Below, piece by piece: positions 1-10,447 of a stretch of 64,000 nucleotides of DNA. The notes under the pieces are model-generated. The model saw nothing but the letters and a program-made list of their open reading frames with translations. It ran no database searches and was not told where the DNA came from. The translations under genes and the position numbers were made by a program. The stretch covers positions 768,001 through 832,000 of the forward strand of contig JBMNHS010000001.1 in the NCBI GenBank assembly GCA_050950505.1, read 5' to 3'. Within the stretch, counting starts at the first letter, position 1; each line of letters starts with the position of its first letter. Origin of the DNA: Candidatus Methanomethylophilaceae archaeon (GTDB lineage: Archaea > Thermoplasmatota > Thermoplasmata > Methanomassiliicoccales > Methanomethylophilaceae).

Positions 1-1
1 G

Positions 2-778
2 TCATTTTTCAAAACCGGGGACCATCTACATCAGATTATCCACGGACCGATCGATTCCGATCAGATGGATTATCTCGTCAGAGACGCCCATTACACCGGC
101 GTGACCCACGGGGCAATAGACATCGAGCGGATAATATCCATGCTGGAAGTTCATAACGATCAGCTTGTGCTCAGGAAAGGAGGAATCACCGCCGCCGAAG
201 GCATGATGGTTTCCCGTTCGCTGATGTACACTTCGGTGTATTACCACGAAACCGTGAGGGTCGCCGGCTCGATGCTTAACAAAGCCGTCGAGGAGTCAGG
301 ATTGGAACTCGCCGATATCCATCTGATGACCGACTGCGATCTCATGTCGGTTCTGGAACGTCAAGGGGGAAGAACCGGTAAAATCGCAAGGAATCTGAAA
401 AACAGAAGACTTTACAAAAAAGCCCTTGCGGGATATGTTGCGGATCTTTCGGAAGAAGACATGGTAAATTTGGCCCGGTACACGGAATACGGGGAGAAGA
501 AAAAACTCGAACAGGAAATCGCCGATGCGGCGGACGTTCACCTGTCCGAGGTTGCGGTGGACATACCGTCAGAATCCGCTCTGCTGTCAAAGATAAGCAT
601 AGGGAAAACCGACGTTCCGATACTCAAAGACGACAGAGTGCGGAGCATAACCAAAATATCTTCCATAGCGAAAGCCCTGCAGTTCAGGGATACTTTCAGA
701 TGGGCGCTTCTGGTGTCATCCCCTGCGGACAAGACCGACGAAGTGCGGAAAGCCGCGAAAAAGGTCCTCAATCTTTGA
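2..778 (+). CDS. HD-domain phosphohydrolase (dNTPase-like), 5' partial
   Basis: Frame is open to the window edge. Motifs IDSDQMDYLVRD and MYTSVYYH match HD_assoc-type phosphohydrolases. Confidence 0.8.
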   Translation, partial: SFFKTGDHLHQIIHGPIDSDQMDYLVRDAHYTGVTHGAIDIERIISMLEVHNDQLVLRKGGITAAEGMMVSRSLMYTSVYYHETVRVAGSMLNKAVEESGLELADIHLMTDCDLMSVLERQGGRTGKIARNLKNRRLYKKALAGYVADLSEEDMVNLARYTEYGEKKKLEQEIADAADVHLSEVAVDIPSESALLSKISIGKTDVPILKDDRVRSITKISSIAKALQFRDTFRWALLVSSPADKTDEVRKAAKKVLNL

Positions 779-854
779 TTTCAGAGCCGTTTATATATCA
801 AAAGTCCGGGGAAGGGCAGTAATTATATTCACAATATGCACATAGACATAACGC

Positions 855-1475
855 ATGCCCGGAGGAATACTGGCGATCGCCGCCATCGGTATCGTCGCCG
901 CAGTTGCCACGACCATCGGCGAGATTGCGGTGCTTACGATGTTTTACATATCGACACCGGAAGGTCCCGAGGGACGCACCAAACGCAGAATCATCGATAC
1001 GGGATACTTTATCGGGAGCGGGTTGGGGATACTGGTGTCGGCGGCAGTCGCATTGGGATTCAGACATTTTGTGCCCTTTGAGTATCTCTGTTGGTTGGGC
1101 ATCGTCCCCATCGCCATGGGAATTCACTATCTCCTGCGCCCGGTGGCCGACCGCGAAATATGCAAAGCGGGAACCCTCATGGACAAAATGAGGTCGGTTC
1201 TGACCCCTCTTGGACTTTACACCATGCTGGCAATGGTTCTGACCCTTGACGACCTGACCGTCTACATCCCGTTGCTGTCGGTGATAAATCAAACCGAGAT
1301 GGTATTGGTGCTGATCATAGCCGTCGCGAACATTGCTCTTATGGTATCGGCCAGCAGATACATCAGAAACATTACTTCGATAAAGTGCCACATAGACAGA
1401 ATACAGCGTTGGCTGGCGCCGATGCTGTTCATACTTATCGGAGTGTTCGTCCTTGCTCAGGGAAGCCTGTTCTGA
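855..1475 (+). CDS. CadD-like cadmium resistance transporter (LysE superfamily)
   Basis: Several hydrophobic helices, LGIVPIAMG, DDLTVYIPL, and C-terminal RWLAPMLFILIGVFVL. Confidence 0.65.
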   Translation: MPGGILAIAAIGIVAAVATTIGEIAVLTMFYISTPEGPEGRTKRRIIDTGYFIGSGLGILVSAAVALGFRHFVPFEYLCWLGIVPIAMGIHYLLRPVADREICKAGTLMDKMRSVLTPLGLYTMLAMVLTLDDLTVYIPLLSVINQTEMVLVLIIAVANIALMVSASRYIRNITSIKCHIDRIQRWLAPMLFILIGVFVLAQGSLF

Positions 1476-1476
1476 A

Positions 1477-2928
1477 TCATCCCTTTATGACGCCGATGGG
1501 TGTGAGTTTGACCACCTTTGACGAAAGTCCCGCCCCGCTGACCACGTCGATGACGGTATCGATGTCTTTGTAAGCCTCGGGAGCCTCTTCTGTCAGACCT
1601 TGGTCGGAACCGCTGAACAGAACTATGTCATGGTCCGAAAGGTCTTTTCTTACTTCGTTGGCGGTGGTTTTGTGGGATGCGGATTTTCTCGACATTGTTC
1701 TCCCCGCTCCGTGGCAGGTGGAACCGAACGTCTGTTCCATGGCAGTTTTCTGACCGAGCAGAACGTAAGTTCCGGTTTTCATGTCTCCGGGTATTATGAC
1801 CGGTTGGCCGACATCCCTGTATTTTGAGGTGACTTCTTTGCGGCCGGCGGCGAAAGCCCGGGTGGCCCCTTTGCGGTGAACCACCACGTCCATGTTCTTC
1901 CCGTCCACGGAGTGGTTTTCTTCCTTGGCTATGTTGTGCGCCACATCGTACACAAGATCCATCTCCATATCTTCCGCCGGGCGTCCGAGAACATTTTCGA
2001 AAGATTCCCGGATCCAGTGGGTGATCATCTGTCTGTTGGCCCAGGCATAATTGGCGCCGCAGCACATGGCTTTGAAATAATCCTCCCCCATGGTTGATTT
2101 CAGGGGTGCGCAGGCCAGCTGTCTGTCGGGAAGTTCGATGGAATTTTCCCGTATGTACTGTTCCATGTCTTTCAGGTAATCCGATGCAATCTGGTGGCCG
2201 CAGCCTCTGGATCCGCAGTGCACCGTGACGGTGACGGTGCCCTTTTCCAATCCGAAGACTTTGGCGGCTTCCTCATCGAAAACCTCGTCCACCACGTCCA
2301 ATTCCAGGAAATGGTTTCCGGAACCCAGGGAACCGAGTTGAGGCAGCCCTCTTTTCTTTGCTCTGTCGCTGACCGTTGAAGAATCCGCATCCTTCATCCG
2401 ACCTCCCTCTTCGGTGGTGTCCAGATCCTCTTTCCATCCGTATCCGTTTTCGATGGCCCATTCGGAACCGGCAATCAGAACATCGTCAAGTTCCTTCTGT
2501 CCCAATCTTGTGAGTCCTTTGGACCCGAGTCCCGAAGGGACGTTGGAGAAAAGAGCGGCCACGAGATCTTTTCTTTTTTTGCCGATGTCGTCAACCGTGA
2601 GGTTGGTTTTGATAAGACGGACTCCGCAGTTGATGTCGAAACCTATCCCCCCGGGGGAAATGCTCCCTTCGTCGGCGTCCACGGCGGCGACTCCGCCAAT
2701 GGGGAATCCGTAACCCCAGTGAATATCGGGCATTGCCAAGGAATTTCCAACAATTCCCGGAAGGCAGGCGACGTTGGCCGCCTGCAAAGGAGCGTTGTCG
2801 GAGCGGATCTGCGGTATCATGCCCTCGCCGGCATAGATAACCGCATCTGTGCGCATGCAGGGAACTTCGCCCTTGGGAATGCGCCATCTGTATTCATCAA
2901 TCCTTTCCAATGTGCCGTTCCATGCCAT
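1477..2928 (-). CDS. rtcB: RNA-splicing ligase RtcB
   Basis: MPDIHWGYGFPIGGV, DINCGVR, GSGNHFLE, HRKGAT, STCHGAGR, EEAPEAYK. Start moved to ATG 2928 because the longer ORF overlaps tRNA-His. Confidence 0.95.
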   Translation of the reverse strand: MAWNGTLERIDEYRWRIPKGEVPCMRTDAVIYAGEGMIPQIRSDNAPLQAANVACLPGIVGNSLAMPDIHWGYGFPIGGVAAVDADEGSISPGGIGFDINCGVRLIKTNLTVDDIGKKRKDLVAALFSNVPSGLGSKGLTRLGQKELDDVLIAGSEWAIENGYGWKEDLDTTEEGGRMKDADSSTVSDRAKKRGLPQLGSLGSGNHFLELDVVDEVFDEEAAKVFGLEKGTVTVTVHCGSRGCGHQIASDYLKDMEQYIRENSIELPDRQLACAPLKSTMGEDYFKAMCCGANYAWANRQMITHWIRESFENVLGRPAEDMEMDLVYDVAHNIAKEENHSVDGKNMDVVVHRKGATRAFAAGRKEVTSKYRDVGQPVIIPGDMKTGTYVLLGQKTAMEQTFGSTCHGAGRTMSRKSASHKTTANEVRKDLSDHDIVLFSGSDQGLTEEAPEAYKDIDTVIDVVSGAGLSSKVVKLTPIGVIKG

Positions 2929-2952
2929 ATTATCAAAACCTTGGAAAATAGG

Positions 2953-3027
2953 GGCCGGGACCGAGATTTGAACCCGAGTCGGGGGATCCACAGTCCACCA
3001 GGATAACCAAGCTACCCTATCCCGGCC
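2953..3027 (-). tRNA. tRNA-His (GTG) with genomically encoded G-1
   Basis: Acceptor GCCGGGA/TCCCGGC, anticodon loop CT-GTG-GA, T-loop TTCAAAT, discriminator C73 opposite G-1. Confidence 0.92.
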
Positions 3028-3145
3028 ATGAATAATCGCTTGATTGTGTTAATGTACATAAAGATTATTACGATTCCGACCTGCGGGGTCCCTGTTCATA
3101 CAATGGACTATCCTTATTATATGAACAATACCCATTGTCAGTTTT

Positions 3146-4060
3146 ATGGGAAAGAAAAACCTGATTTCAGTCACGGACATGAAAGACGAGTGGCCGGATC
3201 TTGTTGATTTGGCGATAAAGATGAAGGCCGAGCGAGGAAAACACGGCGATCCTCTCCTCGACAAAACACTGGCGATGATATTCGAAAAGCCCAGTACCAG
3301 GACCAGGATATCCTTCGATGTGGCAATCACCGAACTGGGCGGTCACGCTCTGTACATCGATGAATCGAATTTGCAGATGGATCACGGAGAAACCATCGAA
3401 GACACCGCGAAAGTGATGAGCAGGTTCGTGCACGGAATCATGTACCGTGCCAACGATTACAAATCCATGGATAAGTTCGGGGAATTCGCCACGGTTCCGA
3501 TAATCAGCGGCCTTGACAATCTGGAACATCCCTGTCAGGCTCTTGCGGATATGGTCACAATAAAGGAAAAGAAGGGAGGATTCCGCGGAAAGAAACTGGT
3601 GTATCTCGGGGACGGGAACAACGTCTGCAACTCTTTGCTTTACGCCTCCGCCATTCTCGGATTGGACATGGTGGCCTGTTGTCCGGCGGTCAGGATGCCC
3701 AACGCGGAAATTATGCTCAACGCATCCCGTATAGCCGATGCCAACGGGAGCAAAATCATAGCTTCCCACGAGCCCGTCGAAGCCTGTGTGGATGCGGATA
3801 TACTATACACCGACACCTGGGTTTCCATGGGGGACGAGACTTCCATCGAAACCGCCACGAAGCTCTTCAGCAAATATCAGATCAACAGGAATCTGATGAA
3901 TTTGGCAAAACCGGATTGCATCGTGATGCACTGTCTTCCCGCGTACCGGGGACAGGAGATAACCGAAGAGGTCATCGACGGACCCAACAGCGTGGTGTTC
4001 GACCAGGCGGAGAACCGGCTTCACGCCCAGAAGGCCGTGCTGTACACCTTGCTCAGATGA
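3146..4060 (+). CDS. argF: Ornithine carbamoyltransferase
   Basis: FEKPSTRTR, HPCQALAD, GDGNNV, WVSMG, HCLP, QAENRLH. Confidence 0.95.
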   Translation: MGKKNLISVTDMKDEWPDLVDLAIKMKAERGKHGDPLLDKTLAMIFEKPSTRTRISFDVAITELGGHALYIDESNLQMDHGETIEDTAKVMSRFVHGIMYRANDYKSMDKFGEFATVPIISGLDNLEHPCQALADMVTIKEKKGGFRGKKLVYLGDGNNVCNSLLYASAILGLDMVACCPAVRMPNAEIMLNASRIADANGSKIIASHEPVEACVDADILYTDTWVSMGDETSIETATKLFSKYQINRNLMNLAKPDCIVMHCLPAYRGQEITEEVIDGPNSVVFDQAENRLHAQKAVLYTLLR

Positions 4061-5468
4061 TCTGACACGAAACCAAATCCTCGACGGCGTCGAGGAACAC
4101 TTCTTTTTTATCCGCGGGTATCGTGGCGCCGGCGGCAACACTGTGACCGCCTCCGAATCCGCCGACGAACCCCGCGGCTTTTTTCATGACTTCCGAAAGA
4201 TTGAGTCCGCGATTCACAAGCGACCGGTCGGCTCTTGCGGATACCTTGACCCCGTCTTCCGCGTCGGCAAAGGCGATTATCGGCAAATCTCTCCTGGCGA
4301 TGTCCGTGTTCAGCAACATTCCCGCAACTATTCCCACCACCGTGTCCCGTATGCTGTCTCCGGCATCGAAATATTGGACGAAACGTCTTTCCCGCATCAG
4401 ATGATTTTCACGGACGTAAGTCAGAGCCGAAGAGATGTTCTTTCTGTGTTCTGCACGGTTTCTTTCGGCGTCTTCCAACGCGGTGATGTCCCCGCAACAG
4501 ATTCTCATTCCCGTATCCGCGTCTTCATATCTCCCGCAGGAATTCAGGATGGTGGCGAATTCCTTTGCATCCCTCAGCCCCGAACCCTTTTCGAAGTTCG
4601 GCAGGGTGTACACTTCGCCGTAAAGACGGTCGATTACGTCGGAACCGTCCAACAGATCCGTCAACTTCTCCGTGGCTCTTTCCTTTTCACCGGGACTGAG
4701 ATCGTTCCAGACTCTGTTTTTTCCTCTGTGGGTAAGTCCGATGTTCAAATCCGAATAAAACTTGACGCAATTCTGAGGGGAATTGGTCAGCCCCGGAAGT
4801 TCCGGGTCGTTGCTGTACTGCAGATACTGCACCAACCCTCTGGTTTCCCTTCCGAAAAGACGCAAATCCATTTCCGGCAACACGTCGCCGGCGGCAAAGG
4901 CATCGTCCACAATGACACGGTTCAGTCCTGTGAGCCCGGAGCCTTCGCTGTCTTGGAAATCCCCCACGGCACCGACGAGTCCGAGGAAGGCCAAATCGAT
5001 GTTTCTCGGATCGACTTCCTTGGCGACCATATACGTCGCCCCCGCCCCGCTGATTTCCACGGACCCGTCTATTCCGAAACAATGGGGATTCACGTGAAAG
5101 ACTTCGGAAAACCGGCTCAATGTCATCTGGCCGTTTTCCCGTCTGGTATCCGGAACGTGATGATCGGTAATCAACAAACCCTGTTTGGTAAATTCGGAAA
5201 AATACCCGCTGCCCAAGTCACATATCCAAACAAAATCTTCTTTGCTCGAATTCACGGTACTGACGACTTCTTCGGTAATCTTTTCCACGTAAACCGTAAC
5301 GTGTTCGATGCCGAGACGTTCCAAAGTCATGGAAGCTATGGAGCCTGCGGAAATGCCGTCGGCGTCTATGTGGGATATGACGAGAACGCTTTCGGCGGTT
5401 TTGACGGCTTCGGCGGCGCGTTTTGCCTCTCTTATGAATTTTTTGTAATTACCAGATAAATCCCGCAT
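4053..5468 (-). CDS. RecJ-like DHH/DHHA1 phosphoesterase
   Basis: SHIDADG, DLG, DHH, GAVGD and GGGHSVAAG motifs. Confidence 0.88.
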   Translation of the reverse strand: MRDLSGNYKKFIREAKRAAEAVKTAESVLVISHIDADGISAGSIASMTLERLGIEHVTVYVEKITEEVVSTVNSSKEDFVWICDLGSGYFSEFTKQGLLITDHHVPDTRRENGQMTLSRFSEVFHVNPHCFGIDGSVEISGAGATYMVAKEVDPRNIDLAFLGLVGAVGDFQDSEGSGLTGLNRVIVDDAFAAGDVLPEMDLRLFGRETRGLVQYLQYSNDPELPGLTNSPQNCVKFYSDLNIGLTHRGKNRVWNDLSPGEKERATEKLTDLLDGSDVIDRLYGEVYTLPNFEKGSGLRDAKEFATILNSCGRYEDADTGMRICCGDITALEDAERNRAEHRKNISSALTYVRENHLMRERRFVQYFDAGDSIRDTVVGIVAGMLLNTDIARRDLPIIAFADAEDGVKVSARADRSLVNRGLNLSEVMKKAAGFVGGFGGGHSVAAGATIPADKKEVFLDAVEDLVSCQII

Positions 5469-6210
5469 AATCCCTCACCAGTTTGGGATAAACGATTTCT
5501 GCGATCCGTTCCAGATTGACCGTGTCTGCCCGGTTGTATTCCACCAGTTTATCCAAAGCATCGGCGTCATTATACATTTCCCAGCGTTTCCACAGGCGCA
5601 CGGCTTCGAAACCGTCCACCCCCTCTATCTCTTCGGCCCTCTCGATCCCCAATTCCGTCTCCAATCTTCCGAGTCCGCCGCTGAATCCCACTCTGCGGGC
5701 GGCGAACCTCAGGTCGAGGTGAGGCATTTCAAAATCCAACGAAGGGAAACTGTTTTTCAGTATGGGGATGTCGAAACAGCTGCCGTTGAAAGTAACCAGC
5801 ATGGTGGAACCGTTCAAAGCATCGGACAGATTTCGGGAGTTCAGTTCTCTTCCGTGGACAAGCGTCACGGTACGGTTCTTTCTGTGAACGGTGACGGCGG
5901 TTACAAGGGAGTCCCTGCTCAACCCGTCGGTTTCTATGTCCAGATATGCGGCTTCGTCGCCGAATTCCCCGAACATGCGCCATTTTTCGGATTTGGGCGT
6001 TATTTTTCCCAGGCCGACCGAATCTCTGTTTTTCAGCAAATCCGCGGCTTTGGAAATCGCCCGGTCGCAATCCCCTTTTCTGTACACGGGGACGGTGCAC
6101 ACCTCTTCGGCGTCAAGGAACTCTTCCCAGTTTCTGATTCCGGATTCCCAAATACACATCTCCTTTTTCTTTCCGATTGACGGAGCTATGCAGAAGGTGC
6201 GCTTAATCAT
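5449..6210 (-). CDS. RNase H-like (RNase_H_2/YprB-type) exonuclease
   Basis: YLDIETDG, VTFNGSCFDIP, HLDL, YNRAD (DEDD-type motifs). Confidence 0.8.
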   Translation of the reverse strand: MIKRTFCIAPSIGKKKEMCIWESGIRNWEEFLDAEEVCTVPVYRKGDCDRAISKAADLLKNRDSVGLGKITPKSEKWRMFGEFGDEAAYLDIETDGLSRDSLVTAVTVHRKNRTVTLVHGRELNSRNLSDALNGSTMLVTFNGSCFDIPILKNSFPSLDFEMPHLDLRFAARRVGFSGGLGRLETELGIERAEEIEGVDGFEAVRLWKRWEMYNDADALDKLVEYNRADTVNLERIAEIVYPKLVRDYAGFIW

Positions 6211-6287
6211 AACTTGAGCTTATTGTCAGACTGTGTAAAAAACCCTTGCATCCGCTGAATTAATATGTCTTCCGCGGATAATGTAGT

Positions 6288-7004
6288 ATGCGCACACTGG
6301 AAATTCTTCCCGATGTCCTGGTGACCAGCGACCGATGCCTGTTGCTGGAAGGGGGCCGTACCGCCGTCATAGGGGATTTGCATCTGGGATACGAAACTTC
6401 GTTGGAAGACGAAGGCATGTTTCTGCCCAGGGTGAACACGGGTACGATACGGGATGCGCTGAATCGGATCATAAGCAGATACGAGCCTGAAAGAATGGTT
6501 CTGTTGGGGGACGTGAAACACGATTTCCGGAGATCCAGGGGAGAATCCTCCGACGAGATTCTGCGTGTAATCCGTTTGCTCAACGAAGCCGTGGAAACCC
6601 TGGTTATCAAGGGAAATCATGACAATTACATTCAAAACGTGTTAATTGAAGAGGGAATGTCTGCCGTCGATTTTGCGGACATCGCCGGATTCAGACTGGA
6701 ACACGGACATGTGGATTCAGGACGCAGACCGGTAATCATCGGTCACGAGCATCCGGCGGTAAGGATTCCGGGTTCCGGCGGGGAAAAAATACACTGTTTC
6801 GTGCTGGCCAGAGAAGAAGGCGTACTTGTGATTCCTCCTTTCAGTCCCATGTCGTTGGGCAGCGATTTGCTCACCGAAGGAACGGCAATGTCCCCCGCAC
6901 TCCGGGAATCGGATGTGGGTAAGGCCGAGATATACGGAGTGTCGGATTTGGGAATCATGGACCTGGGCACTCTGTCGGAATTGGAAGACATGGATGCTTA
7001 CTGA
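6288..7004 (+). CDS. Calcineurin-like metallophosphoesterase
   Basis: DLHLG, LGDVKH, GNHD, HGH, GHEHP. Confidence 0.85.
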   Translation: MRTLEILPDVLVTSDRCLLLEGGRTAVIGDLHLGYETSLEDEGMFLPRVNTGTIRDALNRIISRYEPERMVLLGDVKHDFRRSRGESSDEILRVIRLLNEAVETLVIKGNHDNYIQNVLIEEGMSAVDFADIAGFRLEHGHVDSGRRPVIIGHEHPAVRIPGSGGEKIHCFVLAREEGVLVIPPFSPMSLGSDLLTEGTAMSPALRESDVGKAEIYGVSDLGIMDLGTLSELEDMDAY

Positions 7005-7085
7005 GTCAACGGCACTTGTATAACGCGTGCACCTGAACATTAAATAATAGTTAATACATTCAACCGAAACAGGAGAATTAAACGT

Positions 7086-8117
7086 ATGTCAATGACTCCA
7101 AAAGAAAGAGTGCTTGCAGCAATGAAACACGAAGAACTCGACAGGCCTCCCGTCGCGATTTTCACTCAGTCCGCTACCCTTGGAATGATGGATAAAACCG
7201 GCGCCGCATGGCCCGAGGCACATGGTTCTGCTGAACTTATGGCGAAATTGGGATCTGCACAGGCCGACATGTTCGGTTTCGAGGCAGTAAGAGTGCCCTT
7301 CTGTCTGACCGCTGAGGCAGAGAGAATCGGCTGTCAGGTCGCTGTCGACAAAAGAGACGCGGCCCCTATGATTAAAGAACACCCCTTCACTTTTGATCCT
7401 ATGAGCGGCGAATACGACAGCCCGGACTCCCTTATGGGAGTTGAAGAGCTTATTTCCGGCGGCAGACCCAAAGTGGTCCTCGAATCTTTGGAACTTCTCA
7501 AGAAGTCCCACGGCGACACCCACTGCATCGTCGCGGGAAACACCGGTCCTTTCACGCTTACCGGTCACTTGGTGAACACCGAAAACATGGTCTTCGCCAT
7601 GATGATGGAACCCGAACAGGTTTCCAAATGGGTCGGAGCGGTCGCACCCCTTCTCAAGGGATACAGCCAGGCTCTTGCCGATGCCGGTGCGGATGTCATT
7701 CAGATGTCCGAACCCACCTCATCCACCGACCTTATCGCGCCTGACATGTTCATGGACGCCTCCGGTGTCTTCGTGAAAGACGCACTTGCGGGAGTCAAAG
7801 GAGCTTACTCCATCCTCCACGTGTGCGGCAACACCCTGCCCATTCTCGACGTTATGGCCGGCACCGGCGTTACCGGTCTGTCCATCGAAGAGAAAGTTGA
7901 CCCCTTCGAGGCAACCAAGGCAGTCGGCGGAAAGACCGTTCTTGTCGGAAACGTCGGATCGGTCAGACCCCTCTACCAGGGAACTCCTGCGGACGTAGAG
8001 CGCGAGACGAAGAAGACTGTGGAAGCAGGCTTCAACGTCATCTCGCCCGGATGCGGTATCGCTTCCGCGACCCCCGACGAGAACCTGGTCGCAATGGTCA
8101 AAGCAGTCAAAGGATGA
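7086..8117 (+). CDS. mtaA: Methylcobamide:CoM methyltransferase (MtaA/MtbA family)
   Basis: URO-D fold with PFCLTAEAE, zinc motif LHVCG and SPGCG. Substrate specificity cannot be resolved. Confidence 0.82.
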   Translation: MSMTPKERVLAAMKHEELDRPPVAIFTQSATLGMMDKTGAAWPEAHGSAELMAKLGSAQADMFGFEAVRVPFCLTAEAERIGCQVAVDKRDAAPMIKEHPFTFDPMSGEYDSPDSLMGVEELISGGRPKVVLESLELLKKSHGDTHCIVAGNTGPFTLTGHLVNTENMVFAMMMEPEQVSKWVGAVAPLLKGYSQALADAGADVIQMSEPTSSTDLIAPDMFMDASGVFVKDALAGVKGAYSILHVCGNTLPILDVMAGTGVTGLSIEEKVDPFEATKAVGGKTVLVGNVGSVRPLYQGTPADVERETKKTVEAGFNVISPGCGIASATPDENLVAMVKAVKG

Positions 8118-8137
8118 ACGCGGTTCATTCCTGACTC

Positions 8138-8170
8138 AAACCCCTTACCTTTATTTCCACTTCTTCTTAC
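8138..8170 (+). terminator. Pyrimidine-rich 3' element AAACCCCTTACCTTT
   Basis: Lies ~20 bp after the mtaA stop. The same motif recurs after several other transcription units. Confidence 0.5.
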
Positions 8171-8205
8171 AAATATTTATTACGGCGCAACCCGATTGCC
8201 GGCAC

Positions 8206-8913
8206 ATGTCCGAAATAACGGCGGCTAACGCAGGGTACGCTTCCGAAATCAAGTCGACAGTCAAACTTGATTTTGAACCCGTAGCCATAAAACTTATTCC
8301 CGAAGGCGAAGATTTTCCTGATTATTCAAAACCCGAACGCCAAATGTCCCACTGCCAGGCAATCACCCGTGCCCGCAAAGGCGAATATTTCACCCTGAAA
8401 CCCGAAGATTTCAGCTGTCATGTAGGCTCTTCCGCCCTGAACATGTCCGACACCCCGGAAGGTGTGGCCGACGGAACCTTCCATTACAATCTCGGAGGAT
8501 TCGAAACCCCGGAGGCGGCGGCAAAACTGATCGAGGACCGCATAGAGATGGACACAAAGATAATCGGCGAAATCGTCTGTCCGCTCAAGGACGCGGATTT
8601 TGAACCTGATGTGGTCGTCATAATAGACGTCCCCGAAAAAATCTATTGGTTCGTCCCGGCAATCACCGGGGTCGACGGCGGAAAAGCATCCTTTACCATG
8701 GGTTCTTTTCAATGCACCTGCGAGGACGTGACTTCATATCCTTACGTGACGCAGAGTCTGAATATTTCTCTCGGATGCTACGGATGCAGAAGAAGAACGG
8801 ATATGAAACCCGAAGAATTGGCAATGGGTTTCCCGTACTCGATGATCGGTGAAGTGACGAGACGTCTCGGAGTGTTGGGCGAAGGCATAATGCAAAAAGC
8901 AAAGCGTGATTGA
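8206..8913 (+). CDS. DUF169 family protein
   Basis: EPVAIK, HCQAI, PDVVVII, C-x-C and SLGCYGCR pattern. Confidence 0.8.
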   Translation: MSEITAANAGYASEIKSTVKLDFEPVAIKLIPEGEDFPDYSKPERQMSHCQAITRARKGEYFTLKPEDFSCHVGSSALNMSDTPEGVADGTFHYNLGGFETPEAAAKLIEDRIEMDTKIIGEIVCPLKDADFEPDVVVIIDVPEKIYWFVPAITGVDGGKASFTMGSFQCTCEDVTSYPYVTQSLNISLGCYGCRRRTDMKPEELAMGFPYSMIGEVTRRLGVLGEGIMQKAKRD

Positions 8914-9029
8914 GACACACACCGCGTCTGATACAAACCTTTTAATATTAGATTTCTAAAACAGATATATTAACGCTGTTTAATAATCAGAATCCGTAAA
9001 TCAATTCACAATTTAACACTGTGAAACGT

Positions 9030-9113
9030 TGGTTTTATAATAGATTAACAGGATACTCAGAATTGCAAGGGAGTACAGGGCCCAACCCTGTAGAATATAA
9101 ACGGAGGTAAAAA
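9030..9113 (+). promoter_or_regulatory. Putative mcr promoter and leader
   Basis: TTTATAA at ~9034, hairpin TACAGGG-CCCAA-CCCTGTA at 9074-9092, RBS GGAGGT at 9103-9108. Confidence 0.5.
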
Positions 9114-10445
9114 ATGCCAAAATACGAGGACGTAATTGACTTGTATAGCGACGAGGGAAAAGTTCTTGCGAAAGACATCCCCCTTGAAGCAATCAGTCCG
9201 TTGCGCAACAAAGCCATCCAGAGGATTGCTGACCTTACCAAGAGGACCTGCGCCGTCAACCTCGCCGGAATTGAGAGCTCTCTCAAAACCGGTTCGATGA
9301 TGGGCGGTATGTTGATCAAAGGTAAGGAAATCGACATCCCCTTGGTGAAAAATGCTGATAAGATTGCGAAAGCAGTCAAAGAAATGATTCAGATATCCCC
9401 GGACGACGACACCAAAGTGGAAGTCAAATCCGGAGGAAAGAGCTTGGTCGTTGTATTGCCCGAACAGAGGGCCAACGTAGGTATCGAGTACACAACCGGA
9501 TTCACATCCACCGCTGCTGCCGTTACCGAAGCGATCATAGACGAATTCAACATCCCTATGTACAAGGCCAACATGGTCAAGGGAGCCGTTTGGGGAAGAT
9601 ACCCTCAGACCGTCAACTTTGCAGGATCCAACATCAGATCCATTCTTGAAGTTCCTCAGAACAACGAGGGTGCAGGTTACGCTCTCAGAAACATCATGTC
9701 GAACCACGTTGTAGCGCTTGTTGACAGAAACGCGATGCAGGGAACTGCGCTGTCCTCGATCTTCGAGCAGACCGCAGCTTTCGAGATGGGAGACGCCATC
9801 GGTCCGTTCGAAAGGGGTCACCTCCTCGGACTCGCATACGTAGGTCTCAACGCCAACAACATGCTCTACTCAATAGTCAAGAAGAACGGTAAGACCGGAA
9901 CAGTCGGTACCGTTATCGAATCCATCATGGAAAGGGCCATTGATGACGGTGTCATCTATGTAAAAGAAACCCTCCCGTCCGGATACAAAGTCTACACGAC
10001 CGATGACCTCCCCCTGTGGAACGCCTACGCGGCGGTCGGACAGGTGGCGGCAGTCATGGTGAACGTCGGTGCGGCAAGAGCCGCCCAGGGTGTGCCCTCC
10101 ACAGTTCTGTATTACAACGATCTGCTTGAGCACGAAACCGGACTTCCCAGCGCCGACTACGGCAGGTCTATGGGAGTTACCGTCGGAATGTCATTCTTCT
10201 CTCACTCCATTTACGGAGGAGGAGGACCCGGTCTGTTCCACGGAAACCACGTTGTTACCAGACACTCCAAGGGTGTTCTGATCCCCGCCATCACCGCAGG
10301 TAACTGTCTTGACGGCGGAACGCAGACATTCTCCGCTGAAGCAACGTCCGGAGCCTTCAAAGAAGTTTTCGGTGACTTGGAAGAATTCCGCCGCCCGATA
10401 CAAGTCGTCGCGGCCGAGGCGAAAAAGATAAAGAAGAAGGTCTGA
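9114..10445 (+). CDS. mcrB: Methyl-coenzyme M reductase beta subunit
   Basis: [30 protein letters not shown]. Confidence 0.98.
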   Translation: MPKYEDVIDLYSDEGKVLAKDIPLEAISPLRNKAIQRIADLTKRTCAVNLAGIESSLKTGSMMGGMLIKGKEIDIPLVKNADKIAKAVKEMIQISPDDDTKVEVKSGGKSLVVVLPEQRANVGIEYTTGFTSTAAAVTEAIIDEFNIPMYKANMVKGAVWGRYPQTVNFAGSNIRSILEVPQNNEGAGYALRNIMSNHVVALVDRNAMQGTALSSIFEQTAAFEMGDAIGPFERGHLLGLAYVGLNANNMLYSIVKKNGKTGTVGTVIESIMERAIDDGVIYVKETLPSGYKVYTTDDLPLWNAYAAVGQVAAVMVNVGAARAAQGVPSTVLYYNDLLEHETGLPSADYGRSMGVTVGMSFFSHSIYGGGGPGLFHGNHVVTRHSKGVLIPAITAGNCLDGGTQTFSAEATSGAFKEVFGDLEEFRRPIQVVAAEAKKIKKKV

Positions 10446-10447
10446 AC

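Noticed and set aside
2929-2991. N-terminal extension of the rtcB ORF
   Set aside because: It overlaps tRNA-His. ATG 2928 gives a normal-length RtcB.
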